Below, in pieces: positions 42,179 through 51,511 of a DNA stretch of 64,000 bases. The position numbers and the translations under genes are program-made. Source of the stretch: Nitrospirales bacterium (GTDB taxonomy: Bacteria; Nitrospirota; Nitrospiria; Nitrospirales; UBA8639); the NCBI GenBank assembly GCA_965223295.1, contig CBDCWC010000002.1:768001-832000 (forward strand), in the 5' to 3' direction. Each line of letters opens with the position of its first letter. The first letter of the stretch is position 1. The notes beneath the pieces were generated by a model. That model did no database searches, was not told the origin of the DNA, and saw only the letters and a program-made list of their open reading frames with translations.

Positions 42179-43918
42179 TTAGTTCAATAAATCTTGAAAT
42201 GTTCTCGGGAGTTCGTCAATGAGATAGGGTTTTTGAATAAAGTAGAAATCTTGTCCTTCTAACCGCTTCTTCGCTTCTTCCTCAGAGTGCCCGCTTGAAA
42301 CTACTATCTTGGTATCCTGACGAATACTACGAATTTGGCGAAACACTTCTTCTCCATTAAGCTGCGGCATCGTCAAGTCAAGGAGGACTCCCGCTATCTC
42401 ACTAGCCTGTGCTTGAAACAGCCGTATGCCTAGATTGCCATCAGATGCTACCAGAACTCTGTACCCTGCATGTTCTAAGATCAATTGGGCTGCGGTTTGA
42501 ATATCTTCTTCATCGTCAATAATGAGAATAAGTGCACCAGGTTGACGACCGGATGCGCTATTCACAGGTGCAGACTGCACGGTGCCTTCTGCTGAATGCG
42601 GAAAAGAAGCAATGGGAAATATTAAACGAAAGGTAGTTCCTTGTCCTACTTCACTGGTGACAGCAATGCCCCCTCCGTGCGCTCTTACGATTCCTAAAAG
42701 TGCCGCGAGTCCCAACCCACGCCCCGTAAATTTTGTCGTAAAGAACGGATCGAATATTTTGGGTATTTCGCTTTGGTGCATACCAACTCCCGAATCCGTC
42801 ACCTCAAGACAGACAACGTCTCCCGGAACTATATTTTCCGCTAACACGCATTCATTCAAAAGGTTTTGCGTAACCTTTATCTTTTTTGTGCTGATTCGGA
42901 TCACTCCATGTTTTTCTTCGAGCGATTCTGATGCATTGGTGGTTAAATTGACCAAAATCTGACGAATTTGAGATGGATCCGCAATGATACGAGGCAGGTC
43001 TTCATCCAGCTCGTACTGCAATACGCCTTTCTGTGAGATTGGCACCTGCATGAGATGTGACATTTCTCGGATCAGTTCGGAAAGATCCAATGATTCCATT
43101 GTGACTTTGCTGTGTCCTGCGTACGCCAAGAGTTGGTGTGCCAATTCACCACCTCTCAATGCAGCTTTTTCAATGGTTTTCAAACGATCGTGCTGAAGGC
43201 TGCTTTCGGGTACATCCCGAAGGACTAACCCTGTATGAGAGGAAATCACGGCAAGAAGGTTATTGACATCATGAGCAATTCCTCCTGCCAGCACGCCCAG
43301 ACATTCGAGTTTTTGTGCATACTGAACCTGGGATTCAAGACGCTTTCTTTCGGTGATATCCAGGACCGCAGTTCGACACCACTTGACCTGATTGTTCTCG
43401 TCACGGATCGGAACGCTTTCTAGAAAAACAAATAACGACTGCCCTGAGCTTTGAAGACATGCGACCTCAACAGAAGCATGATGGAACCCGAGAAACACCT
43501 GACTCAAATGCCTGTCAAAACTTTCCCGAGAGTCTGCATGCACACAATAGACCATATTAGCGTGCTCGAGTTCATCACGATCTCGTCCCAACATTTTACA
43601 GCCAGTCAAATTTACTTTTTCGACTCGACCAGTCTGATCCAAGATAAAATATCCAATCGGAGCACTTTCAAAGAGATCGAGGTACTTCGCATGAGAGTCT
43701 TCAAGCTCACCTTGAATTTTCCAAAGACTTTCATTCTGAACGCGTAACTCTTCCTGATGGATGCGTAAATTTTCTAACGTTTGTTCAAGATGTTTTTTGG
43801 TCTGTCGGTGTTCCTGCTCTCGGTCCCGAAGAACGTTTATCTCCCCATGGAGCTTATCCATGTGGGTAGCATCAGTAGGGCCAGGATCGCTGAGGGGATC
43901 AGGAATGTCGTGTGCCAT
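42179..43918 (-). CDS. PAS hybrid sensor histidine kinase (HisKA-HATPase-REC)
   Basis: AGGIAHDVNN, NLTTNA, PFFTTK..GRGLGL; receiver LLDLTMP...KP. Confidence 0.95.
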   Translation of the reverse strand: MAHDIPDPLSDPGPTDATHMDKLHGEINVLRDREQEHRQTKKHLEQTLENLRIHQEELRVQNESLWKIQGELEDSHAKYLDLFESAPIGYFILDQTGRVEKVNLTGCKMLGRDRDELEHANMVYCVHADSRESFDRHLSQVFLGFHHASVEVACLQSSGQSLFVFLESVPIRDENNQVKWCRTAVLDITERKRLESQVQYAQKLECLGVLAGGIAHDVNNLLAVISSHTGLVLRDVPESSLQHDRLKTIEKAALRGGELAHQLLAYAGHSKVTMESLDLSELIREMSHLMQVPISQKGVLQYELDEDLPRIIADPSQIRQILVNLTTNASESLEEKHGVIRISTKKIKVTQNLLNECVLAENIVPGDVVCLEVTDSGVGMHQSEIPKIFDPFFTTKFTGRGLGLAALLGIVRAHGGGIAVTSEVGQGTTFRLIFPIASFPHSAEGTVQSAPVNSASGRQPGALILIIDDEEDIQTAAQLILEHAGYRVLVASDGNLGIRLFQAQASEIAGVLLDLTMPQLNGEEVFRQIRSIRQDTKIVVSSGHSEEEAKKRLEGQDFYFIQKPYLIDELPRTFQDLLN

Positions 43919-45656
43919 GGCTGCGTGAAAGCTGCTCTTGAATCACTTGATCAAGTTCGTGAGACAGTAACGGTTTCATCAAAAAAGCCGTGATGCCGAC
44001 GGCCTGCGCTCGTTCTGGTGTCATGACATGGCTAAAACCTGTACAAAGAATAACTGGCATTTCGGGCTTGAGTGATAACACTCGTCTCGCGAAGTCTTCA
44101 CCAGTGATTTTAGGCATGGTTTGATCGACAACGACGACATCGAATGACTCCGGATTGGCCTCAAATAACGCCAATCCCTCTGATCCACTTGTACAGGCAA
44201 CGGCGTTGTACCCCAATCGCTGCAACATTTCTACTCCCATACGAGCGAGAGGTTCCTCATCGTCGATCAAAAGGATTCTTCCTGGAATTCGAGGTGCCAG
44301 CGGCGGTGGTGTCTGAACAGGTTTGGTGGTTGGTTTATTCTTGAGGGGCAAATAGACTCCGAATCGTGATCCTTTTGGGCTACTTTCTTCAAGAATAATG
44401 ATGCCTTTATGGTGGGTCACGATACCATGTGCGACGGATAACCCCATGCCGGTGCCTTCTCCTAATTCTTTGGTTGAAAAAAATGGATCAAATATTCGTG
44501 ACTGGACTTTTGCCAAGATTCCAGAGCCTGTATCTTGCACCGTTAGGTAAACATGGGGCACCGGCTTAAGAGGAGGATGTGCTTTGGCAAACTCGGAAGA
44601 GACCTCAATGCGTGACATTTGAATGGTTAAACACCCCCCGGTTTCTCGCATCGCATATTCAGCATTCGTACACAGATTGATGATGACCTGATGAAGTTCG
44701 GTGGGATCAGCCAGCACCCACAAGCTTTCTTTCTCCACGAGATGGGTTTCAATGCGAATTGTTTTGGGAAGTGTCGCCTGCAACAATTGAATGGATTCTT
44801 GGATGAGATGTTTCGGATCCAGCAATTGTTTTGTTGGTTCGGTTTGGCGACTAAACGCTAATATTTGACGGACGAGATCCTTCGCACGAAATCCGGCGGT
44901 TAGCACTTCATCCAAATAGCGATGGATTGGACTACCCGATGGCAGGTTACTCCGGGCAAGCTCTAAATTTCCTAGCATGGCTGCCAAAATATTATTAAAG
45001 TCGTGAGCAATCCCTCCAGCGAGCGTGCCAATGGCTTCCATTTTAAAAGCTTGTCGTAACTGTCGTTCGGTATGAATAAGTATGGCCTCAGCTTTTTTCC
45101 TGTCAGAGATGTCAACCACGGTAGTGCGAAACAGTTTTTTTGTACTAGAAGGCTCGTGAATCAGCACACTCTCAAGGCGTAAGGGAATGGTTTTTCCACT
45201 CGTGTGCACACACTCAACTTCTGTCGATGAGGAGCGAATCTTCACCGAAAATTTCCTTAAATGAGCTGAAAACATTTTTCGAGCTTCATGGGTTAAATAG
45301 AGAAGAAACGGCTTACCCGAGAGGTATTCACATCCGTACCCTAAAAGTTCTGCTCCTTTTTTATTCGCCTGCTGAATGAGTCCATGCTCATCAATGATGA
45401 AATATCCGACGGGCGCCTGGTCGAATAGGTCACGATATCGCCGAGACGACTCTTCCAGATTCTCCTGCACTTGCCGCAGTTCTTCATTTTGTGTACGCAA
45501 TTCTTCTTGATGGATTGTGAGATTTTCTAAAGTACTCGACAGCTCTCGCTCAATCTGTTCCTGATATTCTTCTCGAGCTTGTAATCGAGTCACCTCTTTT
45601 TGTAATCGATCAACCTCGATCTGGAGGGCTTGGAATTTGTGTTCAGATTCAGACAT
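43899..45656 (-). CDS. PAS hybrid sensor histidine kinase (HisKA-HATPase-REC)
   Basis: AGGIAHDFNN, NLCTNA, GTGMGL; receiver VVDQTMP...KP. Confidence 0.95.
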   Translation of the reverse strand: MSESEHKFQALQIEVDRLQKEVTRLQAREEYQEQIERELSSTLENLTIHQEELRTQNEELRQVQENLEESSRRYRDLFDQAPVGYFIIDEHGLIQQANKKGAELLGYGCEYLSGKPFLLYLTHEARKMFSAHLRKFSVKIRSSSTEVECVHTSGKTIPLRLESVLIHEPSSTKKLFRTTVVDISDRKKAEAILIHTERQLRQAFKMEAIGTLAGGIAHDFNNILAAMLGNLELARSNLPSGSPIHRYLDEVLTAGFRAKDLVRQILAFSRQTEPTKQLLDPKHLIQESIQLLQATLPKTIRIETHLVEKESLWVLADPTELHQVIINLCTNAEYAMRETGGCLTIQMSRIEVSSEFAKAHPPLKPVPHVYLTVQDTGSGILAKVQSRIFDPFFSTKELGEGTGMGLSVAHGIVTHHKGIIILEESSPKGSRFGVYLPLKNKPTTKPVQTPPPLAPRIPGRILLIDDEEPLARMGVEMLQRLGYNAVACTSGSEGLALFEANPESFDVVVVDQTMPKITGEDFARRVLSLKPEMPVILCTGFSHVMTPERAQAVGITAFLMKPLLSHELDQVIQEQLSRSHGTRHS

Positions 45657-45786
45657 TCAGCATGTCACTGGGACTGGGAACGTATCGGTTTATCAAAGCC
45701 CACAACACATGCTTAGCCTATGGCCTAGACTCTGGGCTATGTTTCCTACGTATCACTCTAGAGATGTCAGGAGCATTATGGAAGAC

Positions 45787-48700
45787 TCACGGCGGATATT
45801 GTTCTTTCAAAACTTGAATGTCGACCATGAGAAAGAACAATCCCTTGACCGTTGTTTTATCATTTGCATCTTCATCAGGAACGAAAGTTATTTGAACCCA
45901 GCGTGGGCTTCCATCTTTATGAAGCAATTGAAACTCAAACGTGACATGCTCTCCCGCCAGCGCTTTAGCTATGTATGATGTAAGCTTTTCGTACGTGCCC
46001 TCTCCCAGTACGTCCTTGATATGTGCCTGCTGCACATCTTCCTGTGTCATTCCGACCCACTCTAAAAACTGATTATTCACGATCTGAATCCGATGGTCGG
46101 AATCAATCGATCCAATGAGAGCTGGACAATGATCCATCACGAGCCGACATTGGTTTTCCTGTTCTTGAATAAGACGTTTCGCTTCTTTTGTGTCTGTAAT
46201 ATCTTCAGCTAAGCAGACAAACCGCACCACTTCCCCAATTTCGCTAAGGATCGGCCAACTGCGGTCTCTAATCCACTTTGTTGAACCATCAGGCCGAAGA
46301 ATTCGATAATCGATATCTTTATATTTGACGGGTTCTGTTTCTTTCCAATACTCTTGAACGCGATTTCGGTCGCCAGGATGAATCGTGGTGATCCAGTCCA
46401 TGTCTGAATCATACAAGGTTTGACAAGGTCTCCCCCAAATTTTTTCATAAGCAGGACTCACATACTGCACATGCTTTCCGGTTGGATCTGTGATCCAAAA
46501 CACCTCAGTGATGTTCTCTGCAATTTGACGGAATCGTTCTTCACTTTCGCGAAGTGCCCGTTCGGCTTCCTTGTCTTCCGTAATATCCATGAAGGTCAAA
46601 ACAGCTCCGATTGGCTCCAAATCCTGTGAGTAGTAAGGAACACCTTGAAACAAATAGACCTTCCCATTGTTCGATAATTCTCGGACCTTTGCTCGTTTCT
46701 CACGCATCACTTCTTCGATATCGTCTCGTAAAGTCGGAAAATGCAATTTACAGGGCATCGTGCTTAAATTATGCCCGATACTTTCTTGCGTGATCGTGAA
46801 GATAAATTTAGCGGGAGGGGTAAATCGAGTCAGGTTCAATCGCTTGTCGACGACGAGCATGGCGAATCCAACGGCATGCTGGATATTCTCCAAATCTGCA
46901 TTAGCAGCACTCAACTCAGCCGTTCGCTCCTGTAATTCTTCATTCAACGTGTTAAGCTCTTCATTCGTCGACTGAAGCTCTTCATTCGCAGTTTCGAGTT
47001 CTTCGTTTGAAGATTGAAGTTCTTCATTGGCCGATTGAAGTTCTTCATTCACAGACTGGAGCTCTTCATTAGCTGTTTCAAGTTCCTCAACGGTCGTGTG
47101 TAAGTGTTCTTGAGTAACGGTCAGTTCGTTCTGTAATTCTCGAATACGCGTTTCTGTAACATCTTCCACCTGAAGAGAAGATGGGGGAGAGAGAGTCGAT
47201 GCCTGAGAGACAGCAGGCTCAAATGCCACCAGTTTACTGCCCTGACGACCATAGCCCTCAATGGGTTGAATGTAGAGATGAAAATGAGCTTGAGTCTTAT
47301 CATCCCTCAGCTTGAGCTCTCGACTGCGAACCGGCTTCATATCTTTTCCGACTTTTGTCAATAAGGCGCGTAAATCTGTTCGAATTTCTGGGCGCGCCAT
47401 TCGTAATACCTGCAAGTTTGAGTCCCCTTCCGGAAGTGATAGATAATTCTTGACATCACCTCGTACGTGAAGAACTTCATGTTGTTCATTGACAACGATC
47501 GCTGGAGGCCCATAAGCGTCTATGAGGACCCGGTTCGCCACCTCAGCCAGGGGTAGCTCGTTTGTCATGTTCGCTTGATTTGTCACGAACTTTTTCGAGA
47601 GTGCCGGCAACCTGCCCAATGTAAATTCTGGCTTCCGCCTTTTGAACTCCCCACGACACCGAAAGATCTTCGTCTTCTTATGGTCGACTGGAGAAAACAG
47701 ATCGACGTACTGTCCAACCGATTCGGACTTCCCAAGGAAAAGATACCCATTTGGTTGCAGCACGTAGTGGAATAGGGGAAGAATTTTTTGCTGAAGCGTT
47801 GCGGAGAAATAGATTAAGACATTTCTGCAGCTAATCAGATCCAGATGAGAAAATGGGGGATCTTTTACGAGATCCTGTCGAGAGAAGACGACCATTTCTC
47901 TGATTGATTTATTCACTCTGAACGAATGATCCATTCTCGAAAAGTATTTATTCAGGATTTCTTTGTTGACCGTGGTTAGCGCCGTTTCCGAATAGAGTCC
48001 TTTACGTGCTCGTGTGAGGGCTTCTGAATCAATATCTGTGGCAAATATTTGTATCGGTACGTAGATTTTAATCTCTTCCTGTACGACGCTCAGAAGAATC
48101 GCGATCGTGTAGGCTTCTTCTCCGCTGGCGCAGCCTGGTATCCATATCCGAACCGTTTCCCGACGCTTCTTGCTGGTGATGATGTGTTGGAGGACGGGCC
48201 TTAACGAGTCAATAGACTCCGGATCACGAAAAAACCCTGTCACCGAAATAAGAATGTCCTTAAACAACGCATCAAGCTCTTGCGGATTCTTTTCAAGCAA
48301 TTGAACATAATGTGAGAGATCTTGGATTTTATGAACGGTCATCCTCCGCCCTATCCGGCGAAGAATCGTATTTTGCTTGTACCCGGAAAAATCACAGCCC
48401 GTCCGATTATTCAGTAAGGACATAAGCGATTGCATCACCGTTGGGATATCCGCTCCACGAGCAAGTTTCGGAATTCGGGTAGGGTACACCAGCACTCCAA
48501 GAAGATTTTCTCCTATCTCCTGAGGGGTCATGATCAGGTCGACATGACCCGTATCGATCGCAGCTCTAGGCATTCCATCGTATTTGGCCGAATCAGGCTT
48601 TTCAGCAATGGTGATTCCGCCGTTGGCTTTCACGGCAGTCATGCCATGAGCGCCGTCGGTCCCCGTGCCCGACAGAATAATTCCCACGCTCTTTTCTCCC

Positions 48701-49173
48701 CGATCTTCTCCGAGGGTTGTTAGTAATAAATCGATAGAGGGTTTTGGACCTAAGAGAGTTGTCGGCTTGGGAAGTAGAAGACGGCCTTCAGAGACGACCA
48801 CATTGCAGTCTGGAGGGGTAATGTAGATGGTCGCCGGCTTTGGCACGATTCCGTCTTGCACTTCCTGAACAGGGAGATCTGTATGTCGACTTAACAAGGC
48901 TGTCAACATGCTGGGATGCTTTGGGTCTAAATGCTGCGCCACCACATACGTCAGATTGTCTCGGTTTGGCAAGGATGGCAACAGGGCCTGAAGAGCCTCA
49001 AGTCCACCGGCAGACGCTCCGATTGCGACGATGACCAAATCCGAACCGTCGTGAAGTTCTTTTGAAGAAGAGGTGGTCTTAACGGACTTGGAGGATGGCT
49101 GAGTTTTATTTGTCGACTGGCGTTGGGATTTTGCTGATGCGGCGGTCTTTTTGGACTTTTTTTCTCGTGTCAT
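45787..49173 (-). CDS. CheB methylesterase-CheR methyltransferase-coiled coil-PAS fusion
   Basis: GASAGG/QHL/GTDG (CheB); GCASGEEAY, ATDID, ISCRNVLIY (CheR); NEEL heptads; PAS domains; no kinase domain. Confidence 0.95.
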   Translation of the reverse strand: MTREKKSKKTAASAKSQRQSTNKTQPSSKSVKTTSSSKELHDGSDLVIVAIGASAGGLEALQALLPSLPNRDNLTYVVAQHLDPKHPSMLTALLSRHTDLPVQEVQDGIVPKPATIYITPPDCNVVVSEGRLLLPKPTTLLGPKPSIDLLLTTLGEDRGEKSVGIILSGTGTDGAHGMTAVKANGGITIAEKPDSAKYDGMPRAAIDTGHVDLIMTPQEIGENLLGVLVYPTRIPKLARGADIPTVMQSLMSLLNNRTGCDFSGYKQNTILRRIGRRMTVHKIQDLSHYVQLLEKNPQELDALFKDILISVTGFFRDPESIDSLRPVLQHIITSKKRRETVRIWIPGCASGEEAYTIAILLSVVQEEIKIYVPIQIFATDIDSEALTRARKGLYSETALTTVNKEILNKYFSRMDHSFRVNKSIREMVVFSRQDLVKDPPFSHLDLISCRNVLIYFSATLQQKILPLFHYVLQPNGYLFLGKSESVGQYVDLFSPVDHKKTKIFRCRGEFKRRKPEFTLGRLPALSKKFVTNQANMTNELPLAEVANRVLIDAYGPPAIVVNEQHEVLHVRGDVKNYLSLPEGDSNLQVLRMARPEIRTDLRALLTKVGKDMKPVRSRELKLRDDKTQAHFHLYIQPIEGYGRQGSKLVAFEPAVSQASTLSPPSSLQVEDVTETRIRELQNELTVTQEHLHTTVEELETANEELQSVNEELQSANEELQSSNEELETANEELQSTNEELNTLNEELQERTAELSAANADLENIQHAVGFAMLVVDKRLNLTRFTPPAKFIFTITQESIGHNLSTMPCKLHFPTLRDDIEEVMREKRAKVRELSNNGKVYLFQGVPYYSQDLEPIGAVLTFMDITEDKEAERALRESEERFRQIAENITEVFWITDPTGKHVQYVSPAYEKIWGRPCQTLYDSDMDWITTIHPGDRNRVQEYWKETEPVKYKDIDYRILRPDGSTKWIRDRSWPILSEIGEVVRFVCLAEDITDTKEAKRLIQEQENQCRLVMDHCPALIGSIDSDHRIQIVNNQFLEWVGMTQEDVQQAHIKDVLGEGTYEKLTSYIAKALAGEHVTFEFQLLHKDGSPRWVQITFVPDEDANDKTTVKGLFFLMVDIQVLKEQYPP

Positions 49174-49305
49174 AGGGGGAAGATGATGGTATTACAACAC
49201 TGGATAAAATGCGTCTGGAGTCTCACGATTGTCTCAGTTCACCAGGCCCACAACCTTTCCCTGTAAGGTTTAATCATTACACAGCATGATGAAATCATCG
49301 GCTAG

Positions 49306-49341
49306 TGGACAAAATTTTCCTTGAAAAATGCAATATGTCTA
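49306..49341 (-). promoter_or_regulatory. Box upstream of the cheBR-kinase operon
   Basis: TGGACA-N24-TGTCTA. Confidence 0.72.
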
Positions 49342-49557
49342 GACCCGCCCATGTCAGAGAGAAACGAACTCCTAAACTTTGACAGCGCAAATCATTCACA
49401 GTCTTTCATCAGACGTGGATCAGCACTGATGAGAATATAGCCAATTCAATAAGGTGGGCATTTTCTCGCGACTCATACATGAATCCTGAAGATATTCAGA
49501 TGGACGCGCTCAGTGGGATGGTGTTTCTAGGGGGAAAGGCCAATACCTGTCTTCATA

Positions 49558-49720
49558 GGACATTCAGGATCAACTCGGTTGGAATCTCAATATTCCCATC
49601 AATCCATCAGCGTGGCAGTCGACAATGATGTGGTTACATTGACCGGAACAGCTAGTACAAGAAACAAAGACGCACAGTTAACTGCATATGTTGCGAGCGC
49701 ACGTCTGCTCAATAGCAAGG
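49558..49720 (+). pseudogene. BON-domain relic
   Basis: DIQDQLGWN, a frameshift, then SISVAVDNDVVTLTGTA...TAYVASA; resembles 50623..51267. Confidence 0.5.
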
Positions 49721-49764
49721 ACAGTTGAAAGCTTGAAAGTAAGAAACGCTATGCGATCCCAAGC

Positions 49765-50088
49765 CTAATCAGCATCTCTTTTCTTTCTGATCGCAATTGC
49801 CTGATCCTCATTGGCCGCTGAGATATTGACTTCGTCTCCAACCTGAGCTGACTCATTAATCAAGGTATCTGGGTTGGTTGTTAAGCTTTTCTCGTCATCA
49901 GTTTTCGTTTTGAAGACATACAACGATTGTTCTTGAACAATGCGGCTCAAGGTTCCGAGGATGGTTCCATACTGGCTTAATGATTCATGCGTATTCGCAA
50001 TGGGACTTGACCCCTCGCAAAATTTACGGATTGCGATTGGTAAATCATCGTCTGATAAACGAACTTTCGCTCTGTCTCCATCCCTCAA
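49765..50088 (-). CDS. Hypothetical protein, possibly a truncated relic
   Basis: GDRAKVRL and GTLSRI...VGDEVNI resemble the OB-like segment of 33787..34938. No clear start. Confidence 0.35.
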   Translation of the reverse strand: MRDGDRAKVRLSDDDLPIAIRKFCEGSSPIANTHESLSQYGTILGTLSRIVQEQSLYVFKTKTDDEKSLTTNPDTLINESAQVGDEVNISAANEDQAIAIRKKRDAD

Positions 50089-50622
50089 GACTTTATCAAC
50101 AAGTGTTGATGAAAAGGCTTTGACTGAGTCACTTTACCATGAGAGTTTTATAATGATGTACGTGTGCCCTCTACAGAAATGATTTTCCCTAAACAAAAGG
50201 GACGATTTGGATAAACGATTGTGGTTTTTGTGATGTTGGGTATTGTATGTTGAAATTAGGTGATGAAGTTGTGGGCACAGGTGGAATCGCATCAAACGAT
50301 TGCCATTCTTTTTGACATGCCACAATCTCAAGAAAAATCATGAAATATATGAAAAGCGTGGTGTAAGTTCAAATTTGATTAGTCATTATCACCCTCCCAG
50401 GAATTTACACCCTGCATAAGAAAGCCTACCTGTCCTATTCTTCTATTTCTTTTAAAATACATGGTGATATATCAACGATTGCCCCTATGGCAAAACCTTC
50501 TTGAGGTATTGGAACAACAGACGAGCCTCATATTTAAAACTGAGTTTTTTTACGATTCAACACATTTTTTTATACTTCGATATGGAATATGTGTTTAAGC
50601 TATCCAAGCAAAAAGCAATGAA

Positions 50623-51267
50623 TCATGAATGATCAGATTCAAGCCACAATTTGCTCTTGACTCGCTTCGCGCCTGCCTCATATGCATTCTCCACAGCGTC
50701 TGCGATTTCTCCTTTATTTTCAACTCCTCCATAGAGAGTAACTACGCCATTCTTCACACTCACGCTGATTCGATCTGAATTGACATACGGACTCCACGCC
50801 AATTCTTCTTTTACCTCTTCCATCAATTCTATATCTGTCATGTCTAGCCAGACCCTCTCACCTCGGTGACGTTGGTCTAACTGATTGTGAACCTTCCAAG
50901 CCCCTGAATCATAGGCAATTTCAATAGCATCCACCATCGCGCTTCGATCTTCGACAGTGCCGAAAAGTGTGGCAACTCCATTCACGACTGAGACGTTGAT
51001 GTCTTCTCTATCCACAAACGGGCTCATGGCTAAATTCATCCTAATACGCACGCGAAGCTGGCCATCGGTGAGTATACCATCCTCATCGTATTCGGAGTCG
51101 TATCCAGAGTATGGATTATAGTTATAACCAAAGTAGTAGTGTTCATAAAAAGGACTGTCATAGAGACTTGCATCTTGATTTTGGCTTAGAGCAATTCGTG
51201 GTGTGGCGGCAATAATGATGAATCCCAGTGCTATGGCCGTTAGCTTGAATGAATGTAATAACGTCAT
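50623..51267 (-). CDS. Secreted double-BON protein (paralog of 35330..36094)
   Basis: SPFVD..I.V.V..GVATL.G.VEDR.AM..A.E.AY occurs twice. Confidence 0.88.
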   Translation of the reverse strand: MTLLHSFKLTAIALGFIIIAATPRIALSQNQDASLYDSPFYEHYYFGYNYNPYSGYDSEYDEDGILTDGQLRVRIRMNLAMSPFVDREDINVSVVNGVATLFGTVEDRSAMVDAIEIAYDSGAWKVHNQLDQRHRGERVWLDMTDIELMEEVKEELAWSPYVNSDRISVSVKNGVVTLYGGVENKGEIADAVENAYEAGAKRVKSKLWLESDHS

Positions 51268-51343
51268 GATGCATGACCTCCTTTTTTATATAAAATAGAA
51301 TTGTCACATTTGTAACGTAAGATTTTTCATAATCTCTGGAAAA

Positions 51344-51379
51344 TAGACAAAATTAGAGTCCACTCGTAAGATTTGTCTA
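51344..51379 (-). promoter_or_regulatory. Box upstream of double-BON 51267
   Basis: TAGACA-N24-TGTCTA; TACGTT 24 nt downstream. Confidence 0.75.
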
Positions 51380-51511
51380 ATCCGTGAAGCTTTTTAAAAT
51401 TTTCTCTTTTCAAGGAATTTTGAAAAAAGCTGCATACCACAGCTCATCATGCCAGCAAAGTCAAATGTCTGCAGAAAATGGAGGACAAAATGGGAAGGAG
51501 GAGGCAATATT

